Shown: positions 28,439 through 39,430, counted from the stretch's first letter. The stretch is 64,000 bases of DNA from an uncultured delta proteobacterium (GCA_963771465.1 CAVYTU010000017.1:544001-608000); one strand, 5' to 3'. The notes: a model not told the origin generated them from the letters alone. Translations and numbers: made by a program.

Positions 28439-29627
28439 ATGGCGGATTTCAAACTTATCTCAGCTGATGGTCACTTGAATGACCCGCCGGAAGCGTGGCA
28501 CCGAGTGCAAAAAGAGTATGGCGACCGCGCGCCGAAAGTGGTCGAAAACTTCGACGGTAAAAAGGGACTATGGCTGGTGACCGAAGGATTGAAACCATCG
28601 CCTTGCTACAATCCCTCCGTCGGTTTTCTCGTCGGCAAACCTGAAGGTGTCACCGGCATGTCGGTCGATCAAGTCGACGACGCAACGATCAGCGGCTTTC
28701 GCGAGAGCTTTCGCTATGAGGATCATCCCGGCTCCTGGCAGCCGGCGGTGCGGGTGAAAGAACAAGACCGCGACGGCGTCGAGGCGGAGGTGCTATTTTC
28801 CAGTTGGGCGCGGATTTTTTACGTGCTCACCGATGCGGCTTTTCAGCGCGCCTGTTTTCGCTCTTATAATTTTTGGCTGCACGATTTTTGCCAGCAGAGC
28901 CCCAAGCGGCTGATCGGTATTCCGCTGCTCTCGATCATCGATCCCGAGCAGGCCGCGCAGGATATCCACGAGTACGCCAAGATGGGTTTCAAAGGCGTGC
29001 AGATTCCGCCTGGCATAAAAGGCGATGCCTACTACAATCCGATCTACCAACCGATTTGGAATGCCGCGGAAGAGACCGGCATGCTGATGGTCATTCACTC
29101 CGGGACAGCTCCAAGGCGGCGCGTCGCGCCGTTGGTTTGAAAAGCTCAACAGCGCCGACGAGTGGCCGGGTTTCTTTCAGCACTCGCGCCAGACGGTGAT
29201 CAAGACCGTGATCGGCCAGATGATTTTCTCGGGTTTGTTCGACCGCCATCCTAAGCTCAAAGTGATTTGCACCGAGTTTGAAGCCGGCTGGGTGGGAATC
29301 ATCGTCCAACAGGTCGATTATCAGTACGGACCGAAGAAGACGGCCCACGGCACTCAGCTCGGCGACGATCTGCGATTGCAGTTACCGCCGAGCGAATATT
29401 TTACTCGCAATCTCTGGTTCACATTCATGGATGATCGCGCCGCCGTATTGACCACGCCGATCTATGGCGAGGATAACTTTATGTGGGCGAGCGACTATCC
29501 GCACGCGGCATGCACCTGGCCATACTCGCATCAGATCGCCGAGAAGACGTTCGCTGGTGCTAGTGATGTGACGAAGCGCAAGCTATGCCGCGATAACGTC
29601 AATCAGGTGTACCATTTAGGTTTATAG
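28439..29627 (+). CDS. Amidohydrolase_2 family protein, frameshifted near 29105-29110
   Basis: ISADGH, EQDRDGVEAEVLF, VIHSG in the first frame; FSGLFDRHPKLK, MWASDYPH in the second. Confidence 0.85.
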
Positions 29628-29662
29628 GTTCGACCGGTCACTAAAAGGATGAGAGGAAAAAC

Positions 29663-30022
29663 ATGGCGCGAATAGTTCATCTCGCAATGAGAGTAGAAGA
29701 TATCGACAAGGCCAGTGAATTTTACAGCAAGGTATTTGGTTTCAAACCGGTCACAGTTCCGGGACTGAGAAGCACAGTACGCTATCTCACCGACGGCACG
29801 GTGCATATCGCCATCAATCAAATCCGCAGCGGTAAAAATGAGCAGCCGGCCATCGATCACTTCGGTGTCGAAGTGGAAAGCGTGGAAAAGTGCATCGCCG
29901 AAGTCAGCAAATTTGGCTGCAAGGTCGTGAGCGAACCCGGTAAAGTCGTGAAGTTCAGCGCGCCGGGCGGGATCATCGTCGAAGCGGTGCCGGCCGGCAC
30001 GAAGCCCGGCATCGGCGACTAA
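29663..30022 (+). CDS. VOC family protein
   Basis: IVHLAM, YLTDGTVHIAI, IDHFGVEVE, KFSAPGGIIVE. Confidence 0.87.
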   Translation: MARIVHLAMRVEDIDKASEFYSKVFGFKPVTVPGLRSTVRYLTDGTVHIAINQIRSGKNEQPAIDHFGVEVESVEKCIAEVSKFGCKVVSEPGKVVKFSAPGGIIVEAVPAGTKPGIGD

Positions 30023-30057
30023 GCGCTTCTCGACCGGCAGTTCGTTTGAGCGACTTG

Positions 30058-30200
30058 TCACGCCAATCCTAACAACATGGCGGCATTGCCACCGAGGACT
30101 TTTTCCTCGGCCTCGGTCGAGAGCCCATCGACCGCGTTGATCACGGGAACCTGATCGCATCGTCGCCCAGCTCGCTTGGGCGATGGAAGTCTCCAAGGGA
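30058..30200 (-). pseudogene. C-terminal remnant of an ACMSD-like amidohydrolase gene
   Basis: Reads DQVPVINAVDGLSTEAEEKVLGGNAAMLLGLA*, matching the end of 38426-39430 (DVPEIGKLDFLSAEEKRKILGGNAARLLGLES); no upstream body. Confidence 0.7.
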
Positions 30201-30287
30201 TTACCTATGAGATTTCCTCTTTGCGTTCTTTGCGGTTAAAACTTTTTCTTCGTTGCTTTCCGCATCGCCTCAGTGCGCTCTCTGCGG

Positions 30288-31297
30288 TCAAATAATTGTG
30301 CCGATCTTGAAAAGCGCCGCGGCGTTGCCGCCGAAGATCATCTCTTTGTGGTCATCTGATAAATGGGGTAGGGAGGCGATGGGCTCGACTGGGTTCTTGT
30401 CGCCCATATCAAAAGGGTAGTCGCTTCCCATCATCACCCGCGGTGCGCCGACGGTCTCGACCAGATAGTTGAGCGCCGGCACGGAATGGACCAGCGAATC
30501 GAAGCAGAGCAACCGAAAGTATTCACTGGGCGGCCGATCGATATTTGCCCGTGCCTCGGGCCGCACCTGCCAGCCATGTTCCCAGCGGCCGCGAATGAAG
30601 GGGCAGGAGCCGCCGCCGTGGGCAAGATAGAACTTCAAGCGGGGGAACTCTTTGAGAACGCCGCCGAAGATCAGGCTCGCGGCGGCCACCGCGGTGTCGG
30701 TTGGGTTGCCGATCAAGTTTTGCAGGTGATAGGCGCTGAGCCGCTGGCCTCCCAGAATGTTTGACGGATGAATGAAGACCGGCACGTCGAGCTCGTGCAG
30801 CTTGGCATAAAAAGGCGCGAAGCTTTTGTCATCGAGATTCTTGCCGTTCACGTTGCTGCAAATTTCTGCGCCGCTGAGTCCCAGCTCGCGCACCGAGCGT
30901 TCCAACTCGCGCGCCGCCATCTGCGGGTCCTGCATCGGCAGGTTGGCAAGCGCGATGAAACGTGTGGGATGATCGTTGACGGTTTGAGCAAATGCGTTGT
31001 TAATTTTCCGGCACAGCTCGAGACTCTGAGCGGCATCGATGCCGTAGAAGAATAAGAACGGCGGAACCGATAGCACCTGCATGTCCACCCATTGGGCTGC
31101 CATTTCCTTAGCCTGCGTTCGATGCTGTAGATCTGCGGCGGATCGAAGCCGATGTTGTGGGCATTGTTGGTATAGGCGACCTGACGAGCGCCGTCTTGAA
31201 TGATGCGCAGGCCTTGGATACGCCCGTCGGTTCCCTTCACTTCCATATCCTGTAAGCAGCGCTCTGGAACATAGTGCGCGTGAACGTCGATCTTCAT
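30288..31297 (-). CDS. Amidohydrolase_2, ACMS decarboxylase-like, frameshifted near 31107
   Basis: MKIDVHAHY, VFIHP, LIGNPTDT, AHGGG, MGSDYPFDMG; one A missing in CTA AAG GAA ATG. Confidence 0.87.
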
Positions 31298-31374
31298 ATT
31301 GCGATCCTTTCTTTCGAAAACCGCCAAGGTCAATTTGCCGCGATTAATTCATGTGTACCTCATGGATTCTCTTA

Positions 31375-33117
31375 TTATTCTTGTCGGCTCAACCGGCTGA
31401 CGAGCCATCTGCCGCTAACGGTAATGACGGCCAGAGCGACAATCAGCATGACGCCTAAAGCAGCGGTCGGGCCGGCAAGGCCTTGCTCCCACAGATCCCA
31501 CATGATGACCGACAACACCTTGCTGTTTCGGGTGCCCAGCATCAACGGAATCGAGAAGGAGCGCAGCGAGTGGGACGCGACCCATATCCAGCCGCTGATG
31601 AATGCCGGCAATACTAGCGGAAGCATGATGCCGCGAAGAATCCTGCCCCAGGTCGCGCCCGAGACTTCAGCCGCTTCTTCCAATTCCTTGTGAACTTGGA
31701 TCAACGCACCGTTCATGGTCCTGGAGCCGAAGGCGATGTAGCTCGCCGTGAGACCGATGGTGATGAGCCAAATCGTTCCGTAGATCGGCAGGTAACTCAG
31801 CGGCGGCTGGAGGTAAAGAATGATCAGCGCCAGCGCGATGACCACGCCCGGAATCGCATGGGGCAAGAAGGTCAGCCCATCGAGCAGAGATCGGCCCGTT
31901 GACTTTCCCCGCACGATCACCCAGGCGACGACAAGCGAGAGAATCATCGTCACGGTCGCGGTAGCGGCGCCGACGATGATCGAGTTGACCAGCGCCTGAA
32001 AGATCCGTTCCTCGCTAAAAACCGTCCAGTAGTGTCGGAGACTCACCTGCGAGAGCGCGGCCCATGATGGATTGACATAAAAACGCACCAGGGAACGCCA
32101 CAGCAATATGGCGGTGGGAAGGAAGATGGTGAGAAAAAAATAAATCAGGAAGGCGCAAAAGGCGGGGTAACGCCACTTCCCCAATTGGATCAGACGCGGG
32201 CGATAACCCTTGCCGGTGATCGTCGCGAAGCGGCTGCTCTCTTTGATCCGTCGCTGATACCAAATGACCAGCACGATGCTAAGCGCTAAATACGTCGCGC
32301 CGAGCGCCGCGGAGAGCCCGTATTTGGGCGGGACGAAGCGCTGCACCGAAAAAAATATGTAGGTGGGGAATACATGGATGCCGGCCGGAAAGCCGATGAT
32401 CATGGGAATCTCGAGGGACTCTAGGCTGGTCATGAAGCTGTAGATCGCCGCAGCCAGCAGAGCCGGCGTCAACAGAGGAATAAAAATGCGCCAGAAAGTG
32501 GTGCGGTCCGAGGCGCCGGCAACCCGTGACGCTTCCTCAAGATTGGGGTCCATGGCGCGGAAGGCGCCCACGACCATCAGAAAAATCGTCGTGACACCTC
32601 TTATGCCCTCGAGAAAGATCATCCCCCAGAGCGAAAAAATATTGAGCGGCCCTTCGGTTATTTCGATGCCGAATAGAGCCAGCAGCGAGCGCAGCCAAAT
32701 ATTGATAAAGCCGATTTTGGGTGACAGCAGAAACGTCCAGGAAACCCCGAAGAGTAAACCGGGCACAGCCATTGGAACGAGCATGAGCCCCCAGGCGACG
32801 TTCCTAAAAGGCATGTCCGTGCGCTCCGTCAGGAAGGCAAAAAATACCGCGATGGAAAGCGAGATAAACGTGCTCGCCAGCGCTAAAACAATCGTGTTGA
32901 AGAGCATCGTGTACGTGCGCGGATTGCCATAGGCGTCGATATAGTTCTCGACGGTAAGGCTGCCGGGCTGCCAAGGGCTGCCTTGGCGGAAACTAAAAAT
33001 CAGCAGGAGTAAAAGCGGAGCGAGTATCAGCCAGAGGGTAAAGCCGACGGAAAGCCAAGGCGCGAAGTGGCGCTGCGCTTGTTGCCATAGTTGCGGTGCA
33101 GCTCGCTGGAAATTCAT
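31375..33117 (-). CDS. ABC transporter permease, FbpB-type with two inner-membrane domains
   Basis: Two EAA loops (LEEASRVAGA, LEEAAEVSGA), ATITGKGYRP linker. Confidence 0.92.
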   Translation of the reverse strand: MNFQRAAPQLWQQAQRHFAPWLSVGFTLWLILAPLLLLLIFSFRQGSPWQPGSLTVENYIDAYGNPRTYTMLFNTIVLALASTFISLSIAVFFAFLTERTDMPFRNVAWGLMLVPMAVPGLLFGVSWTFLLSPKIGFINIWLRSLLALFGIEITEGPLNIFSLWGMIFLEGIRGVTTIFLMVVGAFRAMDPNLEEASRVAGASDRTTFWRIFIPLLTPALLAAAIYSFMTSLESLEIPMIIGFPAGIHVFPTYIFFSVQRFVPPKYGLSAALGATYLALSIVLVIWYQRRIKESSRFATITGKGYRPRLIQLGKWRYPAFCAFLIYFFLTIFLPTAILLWRSLVRFYVNPSWAALSQVSLRHYWTVFSEERIFQALVNSIIVGAATATVTMILSLVVAWVIVRGKSTGRSLLDGLTFLPHAIPGVVIALALIILYLQPPLSYLPIYGTIWLITIGLTASYIAFGSRTMNGALIQVHKELEEAAEVSGATWGRILRGIMLPLVLPAFISGWIWVASHSLRSFSIPLMLGTRNSKVLSVIMWDLWEQGLAGPTAALGVMLIVALAVITVSGRWLVSRLSRQE

Positions 33118-33209
33118 TGAAGACAAGAACGAGACGGTAAAGCTAAGACGATTTCAAGCGCAAAGAGCCGAGCGCGGTGAAGCCGCATTCTTTGCGGTCA
33201 CGGACTAAA

Positions 33210-34295
33210 TCAGTTTTTTCCTCCTGGCAATTGGATTATTTTTGCGTGCTCGGCAAGGTACTGATCCATTTTAGCCGCGCAGGCCGACTCGCAGACCGCG
33301 GCGTACTTTCCCTTGGCAAGACGGTTGACACTCGTCTGGGGATTCCACGGAAAGCCACGGTGCGTATGTTGCTCCACCGCCGGCTGACCTTTGGTCGCCA
33401 TCCAGAGCGCAAAGAGCTGTCCGGTTGCGGGGCTGGCGCTCCATTTGAAAACATGAATCCGATGGGCAAAATCGAGAGCGTAGGGATCGGGGAAGGCGAT
33501 GCCAATGGGCGCGCCGTCCTCGATCAGACGCATCGTAGTATTGTAATTGACGCCGCAGAAAAGCGCGTACTCGCCGGCCGCGACTTTCTCGAGGCCTTCG
33601 GTTTGTCCGGTTGTCAAAACCGCTTTATTTTCAACAATCCCCTTGAGCCATTTTAGTTGAGTCTCGCGAGTTTTTTTGTCGTGCTGCAGGGCCACCATCA
33701 AAGGACGTGTGCCATAGAGAAATTTTCCCCGCCAAGTCGGGTCCAGGCAGTCGTCCAAATTCTTCGGAACTTTGTTCGCCGGTACGATAGTCTTGTTGTA
33801 GGCGATGATGCGAACCAGCGCGCTGGCCGCGACATAGTAACCTGCCGGGTCGATCGCCCTTAGGTCCAAAGAACCCCAGTCTGACGGCAGCGCCTTGACC
33901 AACTGCTGGTAAAGAAACGGCGGCTTGACAAACATCCCGGCGTCGCGCAGCTCAGTCCACGCCTCGAATTGAACGTGTCCAATATCATAGTCGGGCGGTC
34001 GTCCCGCTTTGGACTCGAGGATCAGACGCTGGAATTCCTCGGTGCGGTTCATTCGATTGTAGATAGGTTCCTTAACGAATGGGAATTCCTTTTGAAAAAT
34101 TTTGACGATCGGCATGACTTCCTTAGCGGATAGATCGAGCACGACCGAGAACTTTCCTTTGGCCTTAGCCATCTCGCTTTGGGATCGCTCCACCAGTTGC
34201 TGGAATAGGTTTTTTTCCGCAGCCGTGGCGCTTGATGAAAAAAACAGCGCGGTGCATAGGAGTCCCACGGTAGCGAGGCATTCGCTTTTCGTCAT
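33210..34295 (-). CDS. ABC solute-binding protein (Fe/thiamine-type), divergent
   Basis: ATG 34295 after GGAGG; signal peptide; IAYNKT, LDPTWRGK, VAAGEY; directly upstream of the permease. Confidence 0.82.
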   Translation of the reverse strand: MTKSECLATVGLLCTALFFSSSATAAEKNLFQQLVERSQSEMAKAKGKFSVVLDLSAKEVMPIVKIFQKEFPFVKEPIYNRMNRTEEFQRLILESKAGRPPDYDIGHVQFEAWTELRDAGMFVKPPFLYQQLVKALPSDWGSLDLRAIDPAGYYVAASALVRIIAYNKTIVPANKVPKNLDDCLDPTWRGKFLYGTRPLMVALQHDKKTRETQLKWLKGIVENKAVLTTGQTEGLEKVAAGEYALFCGVNYNTTMRLIEDGAPIGIAFPDPYALDFAHRIHVFKWSASPATGQLFALWMATKGQPAVEQHTHRGFPWNPQTSVNRLAKGKYAAVCESACAAKMDQYLAEHAKIIQLPGGKN

Positions 34296-34320
34296 GGTTG
34301 TGACCTCCCGCTTTTTATCT

Positions 34321-35850
34321 TTACGCTGGCACAAGCGCCACAGCGCGCGTCCATGCCGCGCCGCAGCGCTCTAGCTTGATTGGCAACGCGGCCAGTTTAA
34401 AGCCATGAGTTGCGCGCAAGCCGCTGAGATCCATCTTGTGAATCAGACAAAACTCACGCTCGCGGCCCATTTGGTGAATCGGATAAAACCGCTCTTTTCT
34501 GCCGGCGCGTAACGCCTCGATCATCGGTGTGATCGGACCATCGAGCGATTCGCTATCGCAGCCGATCACACGCACACCCTGATCTAAGAGCCAGCGAAAT
34601 GCGTCGAGTTCTAACCGGATCGATAGGTCGGTGAAATTCGGATCGTTTTTAAATTGCTCCGCGGCGCCGGTGCGGATGAGCACAATGTCATGGCTTTTCA
34701 GCCGATAGCTGATTCGCTCCAGTTGTGCGTTTATATCCGAGAGCGAGATTGTTTCGTTCGCTCGCTTGGCGCTGAAATCGAGTAGCACGGCGTCATTATA
34801 AAACCAATCCAACGGCAGTTCATCGACGGTTCGCGCCTTATGTCCGTTGCTTGCTGGCGCGAAATGATAGGGCGCGTCGATGTGCGTGCCGGCGTGGGTG
34901 TAAGTATTGACGATGTCCATGGCGCCGAGATGGACAATATCGGGCACGAGCATGCGCAAGCGTTTCGCTTTGGCACGCTGGTTTTGGTCGTGATCGATCA
35001 AGGTGATGTGGCTTTGTTCGGGCTCGAAGCTGTGGTTCATGATCGGCAAACTGAGATCGACGAGTTGAATTTGACGCCCATTCAACCATTCGTCCTGGAT
35101 GGCCACGGCGCGTATCCAGGCGCCGGTGCCGTGTAAAATCTTGATCGGAAAAAACATGAACTTGAAACCGTAGGGCTTGGGCAGGCTGGCAAAATGCGCG
35201 AGCTTTTCCGCATGGGTCCATTCGGTAAGCCGTCCGGCTCGATGAATCGGGAAAAACGCCGCCTTGTCGCCTTTGACGAAGCGTTCGGTCATCAGCGCGA
35301 TCGGCATATCGATGGTCGCTGAATCGGTGGCCATGACTTTTACGCCCAAGCGAAAAACATAGTTGAGTGCGCCGCCGATCATGCCCGCGGCCGATTCGGC
35401 GAAGCGCGGGTCATTTTCATAACGGTCCGTGCCGCCGGTCCAGAGCGCAACGATGTCGCCTGGTTTCGGCGTGTAGCTGATTTTCTCCAGCGCTTCGGCG
35501 ATATCGTATTCGGTGATCGGCTCGGCCGGCTTCTTATGACGGAAGTCGAGCACCACGCCGTCGCCAAAAGCCCAATCGAGCGGCACTTCTTCAATAAATT
35601 TTGCCGGCTTGCCCTCCGAGGTGGGATAAAAATGATAGGGCGCGTCGAGGTGGGTGCCCAAGTGGCTGCGCAACTCGATCCGTTCGGTGGCAAAGAAAGT
35701 TCCATTGGGCAGATCGGAAACTTTTATTTGATGCTGCTTGGCAAATATTCGCGCCGCCTCTTGGTGCGAAATGCGATCGAGCTCAAGCTCGCTGTTTTCC
35801 AAATGATCGGGCCGCAGCGTGACGCTCAGGTCGTAGATCTTTGCCATCAT
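34321..35850 (-). CDS. Tandem two-domain cyclase family (kynurenine formamidase-like) metal hydrolase
   Basis: SHLGTHLDAPYHF and THAGTHIDAPYHF; each half ends with PIK...GAW.RAVA-type motif. Confidence 0.88.
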   Translation of the reverse strand: MMAKIYDLSVTLRPDHLENSELELDRISHQEAARIFAKQHQIKVSDLPNGTFFATERIELRSHLGTHLDAPYHFYPTSEGKPAKFIEEVPLDWAFGDGVVLDFRHKKPAEPITEYDIAEALEKISYTPKPGDIVALWTGGTDRYENDPRFAESAAGMIGGALNYVFRLGVKVMATDSATIDMPIALMTERFVKGDKAAFFPIHRAGRLTEWTHAEKLAHFASLPKPYGFKFMFFPIKILHGTGAWIRAVAIQDEWLNGRQIQLVDLSLPIMNHSFEPEQSHITLIDHDQNQRAKAKRLRMLVPDIVHLGAMDIVNTYTHAGTHIDAPYHFAPASNGHKARTVDELPLDWFYNDAVLLDFSAKRANETISLSDINAQLERISYRLKSHDIVLIRTGAAEQFKNDPNFTDLSIRLELDAFRWLLDQGVRVIGCDSESLDGPITPMIEALRAGRKERFYPIHQMGREREFCLIHKMDLSGLRATHGFKLAALPIKLERCGAAWTRAVALVPA

Positions 35851-35878
35851 GCCTCCCCGAACCGATCGGTCGCGCCGC

Positions 35879-37127
35879 CTATATGAACTCAGGATGCGAG
35901 AGTCCCCAATCCCGCCCGCTCAAATCTCTGCCCCGGTCGTCGGGTTGAGTAGGTCGCGGGCCGGTGTATTCCAGAATATACAAACCGCCGCCGACTCGAT
36001 CGGTGATGTAGATCAAACCGTCGGTGTCGACGTAAACGTCGTTGATCTGAATCGCCGGCTGGCCCGGCGGTGTGGGCGGAATAAAGAAGCCTGTCTCTGT
36101 AGGCCTAAAGGGATTGCTGATATCGACGACGCGGATGCCGGCGTTGAAGTAACAAAGGTAAATCAGCAAGTCGTCGTCTTTGGAGCCCGGACGATTCTCA
36201 TGAATGTTGTGCGGGCCGAAGCGGCCGCCGCGCTCGCAGAAATTCCCCTCCGGTATCGGAAAGCCGGCGATCGGCACCGGCTTGGTTTCATCGCGAACGT
36301 CGACGACCCAAACCATCTTGTAACCGTCGGCGCCGCCGTTGCGCACCGACTCTTCGGCGACGATCAGCAACTTGCGCCGTGGCAACGGTAAGACCGTGTG
36401 GGTGTGGCCGCGAAAAGGCGGCATCAGATCGAGACGGCTAATCAGACGCGGCGAAGATGCGGTGCTTATATCCAAAATCGCGAAGCCTTCGTCTTCATAG
36501 GCGACATAGGCGCGATCGCCATTGGCGATGATGCCATGGCACCAGACGCTTTTTTTCGCGTCCCAGCTTGGCGTTTCCCCGCCAGCGGCCCAAAGTCCGG
36601 GCAGCCACCATCTGCCGACTTCCTCGACGCGCGTCGGGTTTTGCACGTCGACGATGCTGTAGATGCGATTGGAAAAACCTTCAGCGGAAGTTGGCAAGTG
36701 CGCGTAGCGGCCATCGGCAAACCAAAAGCGGTGCACGCCTTTTTCAACCGTCGGAAAGAAGCTTATCGGTTTCGGCGAGTCAGGTCGCGCGAGGTCGTAG
36801 AGTTCCAGTCCAGGCTTGATAGGGTCCGTTTTCCCAAGGCGCCCGTTCGTGATTGGTCAGCATGAGATCGCCGACGATTTGCACCTTATGCGAATGGACA
36901 CCGGGCGCCTTGGCGATCTGATTGACGACGCGAGGATTGCTGGGATCCTCGACGTTCAAGATCGTAACCGCCATGCTCTTCATATGCGCGATATAAAGAA
37001 AGTTGCCTTTCTTGTCGATGCGGCTGCCGTCTCCATGACCCGCCAGATCGCTGTGTCCCAACAGACGCATGTTCCAAGTTTCAGCCCGCCCTGAAATGTC
37101 GGCCACATCCGAAATCACTTGCGCCAT
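35879..37127 (-). CDS. LVIVD-repeat beta-propeller protein, frameshifted near 36815
   Basis: NMRLLGHSDLAGHGDG, HSHKVQ, EVGRWWLPG, HTHTVLP, RFGPHNIHE, YFNAGIRVVDI; GGAGG RBS. Confidence 0.82.
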
Positions 37128-37310
37128 CTGATCCTCCCGTTGATCGTTTTTTTGCACAGGTTGGAAAACGATGGGAGTCTAGTGAATTGTCGCTGAGCGC
37201 GCAAGCCGATTAATCATTCATAAGGTGCAAGCAGGAGAGTTTCGTTGACCGACGAGCAAGCCTTGTGTTACGAGGTAGCGAAATCACTCTGGTCGAGCTT
37301 GGAGGAGAGA

Positions 37311-38309
37311 ATGTTTATCCGAAAATCGCACTGCCTCGCTGTCAGTTTGCTCCTTAATTGCGTTCTCTCGGTTGGCCCGCTGCCGGCGCAAAACCTAGAA
37401 AAGGCGCTCAAGGAAGGCGAAGTGGTTTGGTATACGCCGACGGCCATCGAAGACAGCCAGAAGATGATTCAGGCTTTTGAAAAAAAACATCCGGGCATCA
37501 AGGTCAGGCTGTTTCGCAATCGTGAGACGGCGTTGTTGCCGCGCATCATGGCCGAGAAGCAATCGGGCAGGCCGGTCGTCGATGTTACGTCGCTGCGCGG
37601 CGTCGGCTACTATCAGCTCTGGAAGCGCAATCTGATTCAACCTTACATCTCGCCGGAAAGCGCGGCCTATCCGAAAGGGTTCAAAGATCCCAAAGGATTT
37701 TGGACCGACCTTTACGATACCTACTACGTCTGGAGCCATCATACCGGGCTGATGAAAAACCCGCCGCGCAATTACGAAGAGCTGGTGCAGCCGCGCTATC
37801 GCGGCCGAATCGGCATGGATACCGATGAGATCGAATGGTACGCCGGCTTGATCGAATCCTGGGGCAAGGATCGCACGGTTAGGTTTCTAAAAAATCTCGC
37901 GGCGCAGCAAATCCGCTATCGCGACGGCCACACTCTTGTCGCGCAGCTCATGGCCGCCGGCGAATTTGAGCTGACATTGGCTTTTAGCGAGCGCATCGAC
38001 AAAATGAAAAAAGAAGGCGCGCCGGTCGACTGGATCACCACCTTCGATCCGATCATCGTTTCGATCCATCCGATCGCCATCGCCGCCGATGCGCCCCATC
38101 CGGAAGCGGCGCGTTTGTTCGTCGATTTCGCTCTGTCGAAAGAAGGCCAAACGACGGTGCGCGACTCCGGCAGGGTCTCGCCGCGCGCGGATTTGCCCGG
38201 CGCGTCGCAGTCAGTCAGTCCGGCAAAACTCAAGCTCCATCCGGTGCAACCGGAAGGAGCGGCCGACTACGAAGGGCTGCTCAAAGAATGGCGCTCGATA
38301 TTTAAATAG
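37311..38309 (+). CDS. ABC solute-binding protein (Fe/thiamine-type)
   Basis: GGAGGAG RBS; signal peptide; KEGEVVWYT, GAPVDW, APHPEAARLFVDFALSKEGQ. Confidence 0.88.
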   Translation: MFIRKSHCLAVSLLLNCVLSVGPLPAQNLEKALKEGEVVWYTPTAIEDSQKMIQAFEKKHPGIKVRLFRNRETALLPRIMAEKQSGRPVVDVTSLRGVGYYQLWKRNLIQPYISPESAAYPKGFKDPKGFWTDLYDTYYVWSHHTGLMKNPPRNYEELVQPRYRGRIGMDTDEIEWYAGLIESWGKDRTVRFLKNLAAQQIRYRDGHTLVAQLMAAGEFELTLAFSERIDKMKKEGAPVDWITTFDPIIVSIHPIAIAADAPHPEAARLFVDFALSKEGQTTVRDSGRVSPRADLPGASQSVSPAKLKLHPVQPEGAADYEGLLKEWRSIFK

Positions 38310-38425
38310 CTGGCGATTGGCTGATTCCAGATTCGGCCCCGCTCAGAGTCATGGACGATGAATGTGAATCCTTGAGTTTCCACACCTCTAGCTGACCATC
38401 GCGGTTAAATGTGTACGAAGAGCAG

Positions 38426-39430
38426 CTATGATTCCAAGCCCAGCAGCCGCGCGGCGTTGCCGCCGAGTATTTTTCGCTTTTCCTCTGCGCTTAAAAAATC
38501 CAGCTTGCCGATTTCCGGCACATCTTCCCAGCTCGACATGTCGCCGGAGTGGTCGGTGCCGAGCAGCACGTGGTCGGCGCCGAATGTATCGACCAAAAAG
38601 CGCAGCACGTGGGCGTCGTAAATGACGGTGTCGAAATAGAGCTTGCCGAACATTTCGTCAACGGAGCCCCTGAACTTCGCTTTGGGCTCGTCGCGATGAG
38701 CGTGGCCGTGGCGCCATCTGCCGATCAACGACGGCGCCACGCCGCCGCCGTGGGCGAGAATGATTTTTAATTTGGGAAAGCGTTCCAAGACGCCGCCAAA
38801 AATCAGACTCGCCGTCGCCACAGCGGTTTCCAAGGGATTGCCGATCAGGTTCTGCATGTAATAGTCGTCCATGCGTTCGCGTCTTACGCGCACGTCGGGA
38901 TGAATGAGAATCGTTATTTGCAAATCTTCGGCGCGCTCAAAGAAAGGCAAAAACTCCGGATCGTCGAGATTGCGACCCTCGATGTTTGAGAGGATTTGCA
39001 CGCTGCGCAGGCCGAGTTCCTTATTCGCGCGGGTTAACTCTTCGACGGAAGCTCGAACGTAAGGGAGCGGAGCCATGGCCATGCCGTAGATGCGGCCGGA
39101 ATACTCCTGCTCAACTTCGGCGAATCCGTTGTTGATCTGCTGGCAGGCCCAGACGACGGTTTTTTCCGCACAGGCGCCAAAATTGATGTAGGGCAGGGTG
39201 GACAGCACGATGGTCTCGATGCCGACGGTGGCCAGTTCGCTGAGTTGCGCGCGGTAATCGGTGCGTTTTGCTTGTAGTCGAAATAGGACGCCGTCGGGAC
39301 GCAGGAGCGCCTCGCCTTTGGCGTCAGCGATGAGGCGAATGCCGTAGCGCTCGCCGTCGCCGCGTCGGCAAGCTTCGATAAACTTTTTTGAATAGCCATG
39401 ATTGTGGATGTCGATGGTTTGCGCGGCCAT
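38426..39430 (-). CDS. Amidohydrolase_2, ACMS decarboxylase-like
   Basis: IDIHNH, ILIHP, LIGNPLET, AHGGG, LLGTDH, ILGGNAARLL. Confidence 0.88.
   Translation of the reverse strand: MAAQTIDIHNHGYSKKFIEACRRGDGERYGIRLIADAKGEALLRPDGVLFRLQAKRTDYRAQLSELATVGIETIVLSTLPYINFGACAEKTVVWACQQINNGFAEVEQEYSGRIYGMAMAPLPYVRASVEELTRANKELGLRSVQILSNIEGRNLDDPEFLPFFERAEDLQITILIHPDVRVRRERMDDYYMQNLIGNPLETAVATASLIFGGVLERFPKLKIILAHGGGVAPSLIGRWRHGHAHRDEPKAKFRGSVDEMFGKLYFDTVIYDAHVLRFLVDTFGADHVLLGTDHSGDMSSWEDVPEIGKLDFLSAEEKRKILGGNAARLLGLES

Noticed and set aside
29100-29200. Programmed ribosomal frameshifting in the split genes
   Set aside because: No slippery heptamer or common signal at the breaks; they occur in unrelated gene families, which fits sequencing error
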